Positions 17,981-33,640 of a stretch of 64,000 nt of DNA are shown piece after piece. Origin of the DNA: the human T2T-CHM13v2.0 reference genome, Homo sapiens; the NCBI RefSeq assembly GCF_009914755.1, contig NC_060933.1. One strand, written 5' to 3'. The first letter of the stretch is position 1. Every line of letters begins with the position of its first letter. The translations under genes were made by a program, and so were the position numbers. The notes under the pieces are model-generated. The model was not told the origin of the DNA. It made no database searches and was given only the letters and a program-made list of their open reading frames with translations.

Positions 17981-18266
17981 AGATGGGAACAAGTGGCTCA
18001 TGCTTGTAATTCCAGCACTTTGGGAGGCCAAGGAAGACAGATTACCTGAGGTAAGGAGATTGAGACCAGCCTGGCCAACATGGCAAAACCCCATCTCTAC
18101 TAAAAATAGCCAGGTGCGGTAGCAGGCACCTGTAATCCCAGCTCCTCAGGAGGCTAAGGCAGGAGAATTGCTTGAGCCAGGGAGGCGGGGTTTGCAGTGA
18201 GTCGAGATTGCGGCACTGCAATCCAGCCTCGGTGACAGAGCAAGACTCCATCTCAAAAAGAAAAAA
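17981..18266 (+). mobile_element. AluS (middle linker shortened)
   Basis: Both arms recognisable; lies ~25 bp after the preceding Alu. Confidence 0.88.
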
Positions 18267-18914
18267 TATACAAAGAAAGAAGTATAAAACAATATTATGC
18301 CTAACAAAGAACACCCCTTAACAATAGCAGGGTACAACCATTCTCAATAGCTCACATACATTCTCTTTGATAAACTGCCTGTTAGGCCATGATAAAAATA
18401 AAAACTTACTAAATCTTTAAAAATTGAAATTGATAGATTACTTTTTATGACCAAAATGGAATGAGAGTAGAAATCAACAAAAACAAAACTAAAAAATTTA
18501 CAAATACATGAAAATTAAACAACACACTCTTCAGCATGCTCAAAGGGTAAAATAATTAATATTCAGCATGATCGAAGGGTAAAATAATTAATATTGTGAA
18601 GATGCCCATACTGCTCAGTGTAATCTACAGATTTAATGCAATACCTTTCAAATATCTAATTTTATTTTAGCAGAAATAGAAAAAGCAACCCCCAAATTAT
18701 ATGAAATTTTAAGAAACAATGAAACACCCAATAATCTTCAAAGAGAGGAACAACGTTGGAGGCATCACAACTCCCTGATTTCAAAACACATTATATAGAG
18801 TTAAAACAATTTGGTTTGGTTATAAAAAGTGAACTAGACCAAATAAAGAGAATGTAGTATAAACATAAACTCTCACACATATAATCACAGGAAGAGTTAT
18901 TTGCACATCCATAA

Positions 18915-19207
<293 letters not shown>

Positions 19208-19351
19208 GCACATCCATAATTTATACAGCATTGTTATTGACAGGCAATAGGTGAAAGCAATGCAAATTTTTCTCCCCAGATTACTGGATAAATATAATTT
19301 GAAACATAAAAATAATGGAATATTACTCAGTGTTTAAAAACAGGGAATACA

Positions 19352-19640
19352 GTCCGGGCACAGTGGCTCACACCTGTAATCCCAGCACATTGGGAGGCCG
19401 AGGTGGGTGAATCACCTGAGTTTGGGAGTTCGAGACCAGCCTCACCAACATGGAAAAACCCCGTCTCTACTTACAAAAATTAGCCGGGCATGGTGGTGCA
19501 TGCCTGTAATCCCAGCCTCCTCTCAGGAGGCTGAGGAAGGAGAATGGCTTGAACTTGGGAGGCGGAGATTGTGGTGTGCTGAGATCGCTGCACTGCAGTC
19601 CAGCCTGGGCAACAAGGGCGAAACTCCGTCTAAAAAAAAA
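19352..19640 (+). mobile_element. AluSp/Sq-like
   Basis: Full-length; aacaagggcgaaactcc end. Confidence 0.9.
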
Positions 19641-20350
19641 GGAAATATTCTAACAACCATAACAAACTTTCATGAAATTATGCAGGACAACATATGTCAG
19701 CCACAAAAAATACTGTATGAATCCACTTACTTGAGATATTTAAAGCAGTTAGACTCAAAAGCAGGGAAACAGAATTGTTTGTAAAGGGCCAGAAAATGGG
19801 AGAAATGAGTAATTGTTTAATGTGTATTCAGTTTTAGTTTTGCAAGACAAAAACATTCTAGAGATATATTGTATAATAATGTCAATATAATTAATATAAA
19901 CTACATATTTTTAAATTAAGATTCTAAATTTTATGTTCTTGATAATTAACAATAAACAGTAATAATACCTAAAAAAGGAACAAAATTGACAGTTTTTAAA
20001 ATTACCTTCAAATCAAAAAAGTGTTTCTCCCACACCAAAATAGATTCCCAAATAGATATTACAAGTAGGAGAATTTTTATGACTACTCAGATAAAACGAC
20101 CATTGATCACTTACAAACATACAAGTCATAAACAATACAGAAATAATATGTGTATACAAAAACACAGAAATTATTATATTGGGAATAGACATATGACTGA
20201 TTCATATGTAACTTTGTCTCCACGCTGTCTTAAAGTGTACAGAGTTGAATATTGTCATTCACAATTGTCACACAAAATAAAAACTAAAAACACAATTAAC
20301 TGATGTGACGTGGCATACTCTAAAATATGAAACAAAAATGAAATAAAATT

Positions 20351-20822
<472 letters not shown>

Positions 20823-20995
20823 CTAATTTTTATGTGATAAAAGAAAAACTAATACCAATCAATACTGTTTGCTTTGAAATTATTTGGAATTATTCTGGAA
20901 TTAAAAATAAGGAAACAATAAAGAACTTACAAAATAAACAAAAGGTGAAGACATTTATCATCACCGGCATGGTCCCACAAGAAATGCTACATGGT

Positions 20996-21110
20996 GGCCA
21001 GGCACCAGTGGCTCATGTCTGTAATCCCAGAGTCTTGGGAGGCCAAGGCAGGCAGATTAGTTGAGGCTAAGAGTTCAAGATGAGCCTGAGTAACATAGTG
21101 AGATGCTGTT
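20996..21110 (+). mobile_element. Free left Alu monomer (FLAM/AluJ left arm)
   Basis: Single diverged left arm only. Confidence 0.75.
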
Positions 21111-21368
21111 TATTTTTTTATTGCCAAAAAGAGTCCATATGTTGAAAAATATAATGATGCTGACAGCCTTAAAAAACTACATGAAACTATAAAGCTTTCT
21201 GTTAAATGTAAATATATAAACACATATACAGTGGTTTACTACCATAATCATGAAGCAAAATCTCTTAAAATTCTGCTATAGAATTTCAACAAAAAAATCT
21301 GCATAAATCTGTTAATAGATATAAAATATAAAATAATATTTGTAATAATAAAAAACTACAGGATGTAA

Positions 21369-21680
21369 GCGTGGGCACAATGGCTCATGCCTGTAATCCC
21401 AGCACTTTGGGAGGCCGAGATGGGTGGATCACGAAGTCAGGAGTTCAAGACCAGCTTGGCTAAGATGGTGAAACCCCGTCTCTACTAAAAATATGAAAAA
21501 TTAGCCGGTCGTGGGGGTGGGTGCCTGTAATCTCAGCTACTTGGGAGGCTGAGGCAGAGCATTGCTTGAACCTGGGAGGCGGAGGTTGCAGTGAGCCGAG
21601 ATCACACCACTGCACTCCAGCCTGGGTGACAGAGCGAGACTCCGTCTCAAAAACAAAACAAAACAAACAAGCAAAAAAAA
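21369..21680 (+). mobile_element. AluSg-like
   Basis: Full-length; TSD ctacaggatgtaa. Confidence 0.92.
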
Positions 21681-22588
21681 CCCTACAGGATGTAAAGAGG
21701 TATAGTTTTTGTATTCAACTGAAGTTATGACATACTAATATTGTTATAACTTTAAAATGTTTTACATAATCTCCAATTACCTAGATAATACAAGTTTATA
21801 GAAAGTATGCAATTCAAAATGAGAAAGGAAACAAAGCATAACACTACAAAATCAAAAAAGCAAAAATTAAGACAGTAAAATAGGAAATTATGGAAAACAT
21901 CTCTACAAGAAACACAGAAAATAATAACAATCAAAATGGTAATAGTAACTTCATTTCTCTAAGGAATCATTTTAAATGTAAATTGATTAAACTAATAATA
22001 AGAAATTAAATGACTGAATGGAATAAGAACAAACAAAATCACACAATATGCAACAAATCACACAGTATTCTTGTTTGAACTTGGTGTACTCTTTTAGGAC
22101 ACATAAGAAGCCTTATTAAGTTTAAGAAGACTAATCAGGTGTGGTGGCTCATGCCTGTAGCCCCAGCACTTTGGGAGGCAAGGACTGGAAGATTGCTTGA
22201 GTCCAGGATTTCAAGATACTCACTTTAACTTTGATTCAAATAGGTTGAAAGAAACAGAATGAAGAAACATATTCCATGCAAACAGTATCCACAATTAAGT
22301 GAGGTGGTCATAATTATATTAGACAAAATACGCTGTAAATCAAAAACTAGCATGAGGTAAAGATTGTTACTATATAATGGTAACATTGGTCATTTACCAG
22401 GAATCTATAAGTATTATATCTATTTAAAAGATCAGGGTTCCAAAATGTATAAAGCTAATATTGACAGAAGTGAAGCAAAAAATACATAGCAACATAATAA
22501 TTACAGACATTAAGACCCCACTTTAATAATCAGTGAAAGTTTAGATAAAACATCAATAAGAGAACAAAACCTGGATGACATTATAAAT

Positions 22589-23000
22589 TGTATTAATTCA
22601 TTTTATATTGCAATAAGTACCTAAGACTGTGTAATTTATAAAGAAAAAAGATTTGTTTTCTTCATAGTTATGCACAATGTACAATAAGTGTGGTGCCAAC
22701 ATCTGCATCTGGTGAGGGTCTAAGTAAGCTTACAATCATGGTGAAGGCAAAGAGAAACCAGACATATTGCATGGGGAGAGAGGGAGCAAGCATGAAAAGA
22801 AAGTGCCAGGTTCTTTAAACACGCAGCTCTCATGTGAATTAACAGAATGAGAACTCATTGATCACCACGGGGATGGTGCGAAGTCATTTACAAGAGATTT
22901 GCTCCCATGACCTAAACACACCACACAAGGATCCACATCCTACATTGGGAATCCCATTTCAACATGAGATTTGAAGGGTACAAATATCCAAATCATATCA
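22589..23000 (-). mobile_element. MST (MSTA/B-like) ERVL-MaLR solo LTR
   Basis: tgtattaatt...caacatgagatttg...atccaaatcatatca termini typical of MaLR LTRs. Confidence 0.88.
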
Positions 23001-23130
23001 TAGACCAACTACACATTAAAAATATGTACAGGACTCTACAGTAAAAAGGAACAGATTACATAATATTCTTGTTTGAACTTGGTGCATTCTGTTAGGACAC
23101 ATAACAAGTCTTATTAAGTTTAAGAAGACC

Positions 23131-23435
<305 letters not shown>

Positions 23436-24549
23436 TTAAGATGACTAAAATTATACAGTTACATTTTCTGACTAAAATAAAATGAAACGACATCAAAATC
23501 AAGAGATAAACTGGCAAATTCAAAAATACATGGAAATAAAACACACTCTTTAATATATTCTTGCTCAAGGTCCAGATAATCTAAATGTGAAAACAACTCA
23601 CGGTGGTGAAGAAATTCCAATGGTACATTGTTGACCAGAAATATTGTTTAAAACTCTTTAAATTGATTATGAGCTAAAACTAGCCAAACACCCATTAGAA
23701 AGAACAAAGAGGCATTGTATTTCCTGATTTCAAAATATATTAAAAAGCTATAATAAACAAAAGCAATGTGGTACTAACAGAGACAAATAAACAGATGATA
23801 GAACAAAATAGCCCAGAAATGAACCCTTCTTTATATAATCAAATAATCTTCCACAAAGTAGCCATGACTACACAATAGAGAAAAGAAAATCTCTTCAACA
23901 AATGATGTTGCAAACTGAGTATCTACGCTGAAGAAAATAAAGTTGGATTATTTTCTTGCACATTTTAAGTAAAATAATGAAACTAAAAAACATATAACGA
24001 ATACAACTCTTAAAAGAAAAAAATAGGGAAAATACAGAACACTGGTTTTGGCACTTTTTTGTAGATATGACATCATACTTATGAAAAACATAAAAACCCC
24101 CATAATTTAACTATGCTAAACTTCAAATTTTCAGCACACCAAAGAAAATATTTAGTAGAATGACAATGCCACTGAAGAAATGGGTGAAAATATTCGCAAA
24201 TTACATGTGATGAGTTAATATTCAGAATTATAAACAACTAAAACTGAACAACTAACATTGAATAAATTGATTTAGAAATGGACAAAGAATTGAACTGATG
24301 TTTAATCAAAAATATATATGTAAGTAGAAAAAAGCACTTAAAATAATGCAAAAAAGGACCAATTGTAGAGAAATACAAAACAAAATTACAATCCAAAACA
24401 AAACCACCTCATACCCATTAGAATGGCCATGATAAATTTTTAAAATGCCAAATCTGTTGAGGATGTAAAGAAATTAAAACTCATGTGAATGGTTGGTGGG
24501 GAAAAAAGGATGCAACCATCATATTATGAATGTTTCTTAAAAATTAAAT

Positions 24550-25045
24550 TACATAATTCAGGAATTCCATTTATAAAACTATATTCAAATATAAATCATA
24601 TTATTTGACTGGAATATAAAATATATTTTTATATATTAATATATTTATAAATGGAATCCAAGAATTCCACTTATAAATCTATATTCAAACATAAATATAA
24701 ATGTATATTCCAAATATAAATCTATATTCAAACAAAGAACCTGGAAGATATACTTGAATATATATTTGAAATATTGGTATAATAAATATATTGTACCAAT
24801 ATTTATACATTTAATATATATTAATGTAATATATATTAACTATATTATACCAATATTTATATATTTTATATATACTAATATAATATATATTAAATAAATA
24901 TATATTATATAAGTAAATATATATTTAATATATATGTTAAATATATAAATATTGGTATCATATATTTATTATACCAATATATTATATAAATATATACACA
25001 TATATTTATATATACACTATATATATAAATATAGTATACCAATAC
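24550..25045. repeat. AT-rich low-complexity tract with local duplications
   Basis: Near-pure A/T (tata) sequence with repeated ataaatctatattcaaa and ataccaatat motifs. Confidence 0.85.
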
Positions 25046-25423
25046 TTACAAAAGCCAAAAGGCAGAAGTAACCCAGATATCCCTTGACTGATAAACAAAT
25101 TAAAAATGTGACATATACATACAGTGTAATATTATTCAGCCTTAAAATAGTAAATCTGTCACATTCTTACATAAACGTTGAGAATATTATGTCAACTGAA
25201 ATAAGATAGTAATAAAGTGACAGATACTATATGATTCCATGATATGAGTCATCATAAGTAGTCAAATAGAAACAGAAAGGAGAATGGTGTTACTCAAGGT
25301 CTAAAGAGAGGGTAAAATGGGCAGTTGTTACTTAATGGGTATTGTTTTAATTTTAGAAGACGTAAAAGTTCTAGAGATCTTTACATAACAATGTAAATAC
25401 TCTTAACAACTACAATGTACAAC

Positions 25424-25711
25424 TTTTTTGAGGTAGGTTCTCACTCTGTCCTGCAGGCTAGAATGAAGTCACATAATCATAGCTCACTGCAGCCTCAACC
25501 TCCCATGCACAAGTGATTCTCCTGCCACGGCCTCACAAGGAGCTAGGACCACAGGTGGAAAACCCAACACCTGGCTAATTTTAAATTTTTATGGGGAAGG
25601 GCTCTCTATATGCTGTGCAGGCTGGTCTCAAGTTCCTCGGCTTAAGCAATACTTCTGCCTCAGTTTCCCAAAGTGCGGGCATTATAGGCATGAGCCTCCA
25701 CCACACTCAGC
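25424..25711 (-). mobile_element. AluJ
   Basis: Diverged reverse Alu (atcatagctcactgcagcctcaacc). Confidence 0.85.
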
Positions 25712-25984
25712 ACTGAAATATAGACTTAAAAAGCTTTAAGATGGTAAATTTTATGTTATGTGTTTTCACAATTTTTTTTGAAAACAACTACAAGTGATAT
25801 AGGTCTTTCTATAAATCACAAAATATATAAATATATAAATATAAATCACCGTCAAATCACTAAAGTGTTTCTCTCACACAAAGAAAATATATATATTTAT
25901 CATTAAACACCTGGTGAATATACCACTGTTTCTATGACTACTCACCTTCACATAATAAGACAACTATTGAAAATCAGCAAAGAA

Positions 25985-26246
25985 GGCTGGGCGTGGTGGC
26001 TCACTCCTGTAATCCCAGAACTTTGGGAGGCCGAGGCAGGCGGATCACCTGAGGTCAGGAGGTAGAGATCAGCCTGGCCAATATGGTGAAACCCCATCTC
26101 TACTAAAAATACAGAAAAATTAGCTGGGCATGGTGGCAGGCACCTATAATCCCAGCTACTCGGGAGGCCGAGGCAGGAGAATTGCTTGAACCTGAGAGGC
26201 GGAGGTTGCAGTGAGCAAAGATTGTGCCACTGCACTCCAGCTGGGC
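25985..26246 (+). mobile_element. AluSx-like lacking terminal ~20 bp and A tail
   Basis: Ends at cactccagctgggc and runs directly into unrelated sequence. Confidence 0.9.
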
Positions 26247-26719
26247 CTCTACTGTGGCCTGCAGACCTTGGCCTCTACTGTGGCCCCTAAAAAAGTTCAG
26301 TGACTCAGTTTCAGCTGTCTTTGCCACAGTTCACAACAATTCCTGCCAACACAGGAACCCACACAGTGATGTGGAAAAAAACTTCCAAATACTCAGTGGT
26401 AGCCACACTTACCACATCCCGATATAAGGTCCACCATATGCACACACAATTGCAGAAATCTGTCCTCGTTTCTGCACTATAAATAAAAATCCTGAAGGAA
26501 ATCCAGCCCACCCAGACATTAGATGGGAATCACAACAACCAAAGCCCCTGGTAAAAAGTCACTTCAAAGTTGAATCCACTGCATACACAGCAGCCTTGTG
26601 ACACAGTTATAAACTCTTCCCTACTACAAGCTCATAGGGTGTCCCATTACCCTGTGGACCCATTACCCTGGGGACCCAACAAAAGGAGATCTGTACCTCC
26701 TGAAACCAGTTTATAAAAA

Positions 26720-28905
26720 ATTAAAGAGCTGTTTGCTTCTTCAAATTTATAGACACCAGGGTAAGGCTACATGGTTCCATTGTCAATGTTTCTATTTTAA
26801 CATAGCAGTGAAAGTACTTTGCAGAAGAATTAGTCAAGAAAATGACCCTAAAAATGACATTCAAATTGAGGAAAAGAATTAAAATGTTGCTGTTTGTAGG
26901 TGACATGATCTTATATATAGAAAACCATAAACAATACATCAAAAACTAACAAATGCCCTCAGAAAATTGGCAATATATAAAATTAACATATAATTATCAG
27001 TTATGATTCCATATGCTAACAACAAACCACCTGATAAAAAAGGAAGAAAACAATCTCATTTCCAACAGAATTAAAATAATAAATTTCTGAAAAATAAATT
27101 TAACAAAGAAGGCAAAAGGTCTTTACACTGAAACATATATTGTGAAAGAAATGGAAGAAGTCACAAACAAATGCAAAAAGATTTCATGTTTATGAACTGG
27201 AAGAATAAATATTATAAAGTGCCATATGAGTCAAAGTGATCTACAGTTTCAATGAACTCTCTATTAAAAATCCAGTGACATTTTTCACGGTAATGGAAAC
27301 TACAATTCTAAAATTTGCATGAAACTACAATAGGCTTTGAAAAACCAAAGCAATCTAGAGGAAAAGGAACAAAACAACCAAACTTCATACTTTATGATTT
27401 CAAACTATATTTTAAGACTGTGGTAAAAAAAAAGATGATACATGCAAAATATGGACACAAGAAAACAATGGAACAGAATAGAGCCCAGAAATAAACCCAG
27501 GCATATAAAGTTTACTAATCTTTGACAAGTGCACCAAAAATACACAATGAACAAAGTATAGTCTTTTTAATATTTGGTTCTGAAAAAACTGGATACCTCC
27601 AGGCAAAAGAATAAAACTAGCTTATTTTTCTTACACCATGCTAAAAGTTAAATTACAGACTTAAATATGAATCCTTAAAAAATCTGAAAAAAAAAAATAC
27701 ATGGAAAACCCTCATGATATGGTCTTAACAATAATTTGTTAGACATAATACCAAAAGTACAGCAACAAAAGCAAATATAAACAAGCTGGACTGCATCAAA
27801 CTAAAAACCTTCTGCACAGAAAAGGGAACAATAAAATAAAAAAATTTGTAGAATGGGAAAAAATATTTGCAAACCATACATCTGATAAAAGATTGATATA
27901 CAAAATATATAAGAAATGCAAGCAGATTAAAAGCAAAAACAACAGTAACCCAGTTCAAAATAGGCAAAAACTAAACTGATATTTGTCCAATGAAGACATA
28001 CAAATGGCCAAGAGATAAGCCATAAAGTACTCAATATCACCAAATATCTGGCAATTGCAAATCAAAACCATGATGAGTATCATTTCAAACATGTTAGAAT
28101 GGATAATGTAAAAAGAAGAAACATAACAAGTGTTGACAACACTTTGAAGAAAAAAATTCTGTACATTCTTGGAGAGTTATAAATTGATGGAGTCATTACA
28201 AAAACCAATAGAGGTTATTTGAAATACAGAACTACTGCGCAATCTAGCAATAGTAGTATTGTGTATATAATACTGTTTATATAACAAAAGGAAAAGAAAT
28301 AAGTAACTTGAAGACATATCTGTACCACCATATTTGTTGCAGCATTATTCACAATTGCCAAGATATAAAAAACCTAAATGTTTGTGGATGCTAAATACAG
28401 AAAAGCTGGTGTAAATAAACAATAGAATATTATTTAGCCTGAAAAATAACAAAATCTTGCCATTTCAACAACATGGGTAGAACTGGAAGACATTATGCCA
28501 AGGGAAATAAGCCAGACACAGAAAGGGAAATACTGCACATTCTCACTTATATGGGGAATCTAAGAAAGATGAACTCACAGAAGCAGAGACTACAATGAAA
28601 GTTGTCAGGGACTAGATATGGGAGAAAATGAAAAGATGTTGAAAAGACACAAATTTTCTGTTATGAGTAAGTTTTTCAAATGTAATGTATAGCTTCATGA
28701 TACAGTTAACACTAAATTTTTGTATGCTTAAAATTTGGTGTCAGCAGATCTCAGATGTTTTCATTACAAAAAAGGTACCTATGTGAGAAAAGGTGATAGA
28801 AATGCTCATAAACATAATTGTGCTCATCATTTTACAATCTACACATGCAGTAAGTCATTACATTGTACACAATAAATATATAGAGAATTTTTATTTGTAA
28901 AAAAA
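26720..28905 (+). mobile_element. Old L1 (L1MA-type) ORF2 3' half and 3'UTR
   Basis: ctgtttgtaggtgacatgatc RT-motif remnant; L1MA-like 3' end with aataaa near 28871. Confidence 0.8.
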
Positions 28906-29723
28906 TCGACAGTACACACCTACATATATATACACACATATAAATTACAGTTCTGGTAAACTTTATCCTAAACAAGATAAAATTACAAAATAGTAATTTA
29001 AAAAACAAGGAAAGAAGTGGGAGCTTAAAATATGCTCAGTAATGTTCTAAGTTCCTTGACATAGTGAATTGAAGAAATGGAGGAAATATCTACGTTACAT
29101 TACAGTTGAGAAATTAAGACAGAATTGAAATTACCAACCTCAGTTAGTACTAAAAGAATAATAATATCAATTCAAATAACATTAGATATTCTTAAAGAGA
29201 TACTTAATATTCTGATTAAATTACTGAGTATGAATTTCTGTAGAAACACATATGAAACCTCCATAAAATAAGAAACTATAAAGCAGAAAACATACAACAT
29301 ATGTTTGTTGTATTTCTGGGATTTCTGAACCAAATCTCAATATCACTACTTTTACATATTTCAGACACAATGCAGAAAGCGAACTTAAAAATGGTTAAAC
29401 ACAGGGTTTCTAAAAAATATGCAGCTATTTGTATATCCCCAAAAGCAATAAAAGTAGTCAGATTGTGCACTCTTTTATAAGCCGTAAAGAGAACTTTGGC
29501 TCTCACTGCAAATCTGAAGAAAAATTATTGAAGAAAATGTAGAGTCATTAGAGAGCATGGGACAGAGGATGCCCCTATGTGAGAACAAGTGAAAAAACCC
29601 AGGCTTCTCAGAAATGATATCCACTGGAGCACAGCTTCCCAAATCACATGTAAAAGTCTGGGTTCCTCTCAGCCTTTGGATGTCTCATCTATGTCATCCT
29701 CTTCTTCATTCGCTTTCACCCAC

Positions 29724-29798
29724 CTGGGTGCTTCATACTCCATGGCTTTTTCCTTTGCTCCAGACAGGTGACCCGGTCTGGCTTAGAGAAGACAATAC
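29724..29798 (-). pseudogene. KRAB-B exon (75 bp)
   Basis: aacag|GT ATT GTC...CAC CCA G|gtgggt encodes (G)IVFSKPDRVTCLEQRKKPWSMKHP; AG and GT intact; 21 bp shorter than the usual 96-bp exon. Confidence 0.92.
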
Positions 29799-30221
29799 CT
29801 GTTTTATTTTAAAAAGCAGCATGAGCATGACTTTTCCTGGAATTCTCCATTTACCAACCTAATACTGTTCTAAGTAGAGAAAAGAGGACATAATAGAAGA
29901 TTCTAGAAAATTAATTACAAAGTACTTTTTACTGACAGAACCTTTAGCATATTCAGAAAGTACATTAAATATGTGGGTCCTCTGTTTCACACCCCAGTAT
30001 TACTGAATCAAAAATTGGTGGTGGCAATTGAATTTTAAGGTGTGGACAACATTATTTTATGCTGCTAAATTTCTGAAATTACCACTTATCTAGAGTGAAT
30101 AATATAGATAAACTCAGGAAAGGGGAAAGTTCAGGTCAAAATGAAACAACCTGAAGAATTTATTTTCCACACCAAAAAATCCTCAAGATTGTCTTGAAAA
30201 CAGGGATCTGAAATTTACTCA

Positions 30222-30716
<495 letters not shown>

Positions 30717-30779
30717 TTAATCATACAGTATAAGTTCTGCATATTTCTCAGATTAAAAAGTCAGGCTTACTTATAAAGT

Positions 30780-30935
30780 ACCTCTCAAATTTTAATGTGT
30801 ACAACAATAAACTGGAGATCATTTTATGCAGATTTTGTTTCAAGAAACCTGAGGTAAAACCTGAGTTTCTGAATTTCTAACAAGCTCACAAGTGACACCA
30901 ATCTTTCTGGCCCAAGATAAATATTTTGTCAAACA
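30780..30935. mobile_element. MER5-type DNA transposon relic
   Basis: ctctcaaattttaatgtg...atttctaacaagctc motifs; highly diverged. Confidence 0.45.
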
Positions 30936-31633
30936 TTCATTAAGTGACAGAGCCTGGGTTTTTATGACCAGTAAACAAAGATGAGAGACTTCACTTTTTA
31001 AAGAAAGACATATGCAAAGACAATCTAAGAAGAAAAGAGAACTTCCAGATTACATGTGATGCTTTATGCACATCAGCTGGTAAATGTCCCCAGGGTACTC
31101 AATAATAAAAAGAAAAATAACTCTACGGTGGAAAAAAATTCTCAGAGAACTATTTAACTAAGCGAATCAAATTAACACCAATTATAACAGAACAAATTTT
31201 CATCATGCGCCGATGCTCACAGAAGGACACAATATCACTGCTGGGATACTAGCCCCCGCCAAAGAGGCAAATTATAATTCAAATCTAATCATAAAGAAAC
31301 AAGTTTTATGCAAAATGCAAACGACAGTAATCGCTCATGTTGTGTAATCTCTATTAAAGTATTTACACAGACTTTCTTTAGCATTCTAGAAAGCGAGTAT
31401 CTTCTAATTATTTTTTTCAAAACTTTCTGAATTATTCTGGGTAATAAATGCCATCCTGTTCAAATGTGCATATTTTAATCCTGTTCCGCATCGAGTTGAT
31501 GGAGCACACAGACAGAACTTCAACATTACATATTCCCATTTTTCATGAATATCTAAGAACCCCACCTCTTCCCCAGTAGGAATCTTGGGTATCCATACCT
31601 TTCCATGTGCACCAGCACCAGCAACAAAGGGTA

Positions 31634-31969
<336 letters not shown>

Positions 31970-32799
31970 TGAGTCATAAATTAATGATGAGAATTCTGCA
32001 TAGCAGAGAAGAAGCCAAGATGAAGAGAATGTCGAGAAGACTCTAGTGTATAGAAAATAATATTTTTTCAGAGTTGTTTGACTATCATGAGAAGAAAAAG
32101 TGTTTAAACAAACTTATAGGGAGAAACAGCATAAAGTCAAGAAGTACAGGTTTGTAAGTTCTAAACATATGGCATTCCAGGAGGCAGAGTGAACACTGTT
32201 CCTGGTCTGAGACACAGTCACCTGAGAAAAAGCCATTTTTCTCTTCATCGTCCTTCTCTAGGATTTATTCTCAGGTGATATTCTCTGGACAAGTCACACC
32301 TGCATCTTGGGAATATGCCTTTAAAGGAATCAGCACAATCTCTTCACCTGCTACCACCACAAACACAGGTAGAAAGATCCAGGCATGCAGAAAATGTCCA
32401 CTCATTTATGTTCTTTATAACAGGTGAGATTCAAGGACAGTGAGCTCCTCCACAAAGATCAAAATTTATCTTTCTCTTTTCCTGCCACAGATGCCACAAT
32501 TTCTGCTACAGCAATGGGGATATGGGCCACACTAACTTGTCCCTACCAAATCCAACCATTGGAATGGACCTCCCTTTGGAATAAAGTTTGAACTCAACTC
32601 TCATGAATGTATTTTGAATTCCTCATGTTTGACCCTGGCCTCAACCTGGAGTCACATGAGGCACTTAATTATATCAACAAGGATGCTCCCACCCACACCA
32701 ATATACAGAGCCTGCGGGAAGGGCACAAGTGAAAAGATTTCTGCAACCTGGCCATGGAATCTTAATTAGAAGCCTGGGCCAAGAACCACTTAGCTAAAC

Positions 32800-32960
32800 A
32801 TTGCCTCTCAAACTTCAGTGTGCATATAAATCATTTGGTAACCCTGGCCCTACACTATGTAATGTGATTCTGCAGGTTTTAAAAGCATCCATGAAAGTGC
32901 ATTTTAAACACATCTCCTGTCAATGCTGATGTAGCTTCCCCAGACCCATCATTAGTAGCA
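32800..32960. mobile_element. MER5A-type relic
   Basis: ctctcaaacttcagtgtgcat...tgcattttaaaca...tgctgatg motifs; diverged. Confidence 0.45.
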
Positions 32961-33342
32961 TTTAGCTAGAGAAAGCAGGCATGGAACAAACTCTTACACT
33001 CATCACTCATCACAACACAAATACTTCTGATCAAATAAAAAATCGATCTCTATCCTGAAAAACCACATTCTTTGCTAGCTCTTTAACTTCAGAGACAGGA
33101 GAAGGCAACAACGTCTGAGTAAGTCTGCACTGAAAAACAACATGTACACATATACTTATGCAATGCTTATTAAGCAGGTACTATGTGCTCCGGAGTATGT
33201 TACAGAGCACTGTGCCGGGAACATCACATTATGTGATTTAATCTTCATAACAACTTGAGAGTTGGGTACTAAGTGTTAAATAATTCTCAGAATTTAGATG
33301 AAGGGGCCAGCATTGTTTTCTTCCCTGTTTATCTCTTATTGA

Positions 33343-33640
33343 TTTTTTTTTTTTTTCGGGACGGAGTTTCACTCTTGTTGCCCAGGCTGGAAGTGCAATG
33401 GCACGATCTCAGCTCACCACAACATCCGCCTCCTGGGTTCAAAGGATTATCCTGCCTCAGCCTCCCGAGTAGTTGGGATTACAGGCATGCACCACGACAC
33501 TGAGCTAAGTTTGTATTTTTAGTAGAGACAGGGTTTCTCCATGTTGATCACGCTGGTCTCGAACTCCCGACCTCAAGTGATCCGCACACCTTGGCCTCCC
33601 AAAATGCTAGTATTACAGGCATGAGCCACATAGCCCGGCC
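33343..33640 (-). mobile_element. AluSp-like
   Basis: gtttcactcttgttgccc, gtgcaatgg, gtttctccatg diagnostics. Confidence 0.92.
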
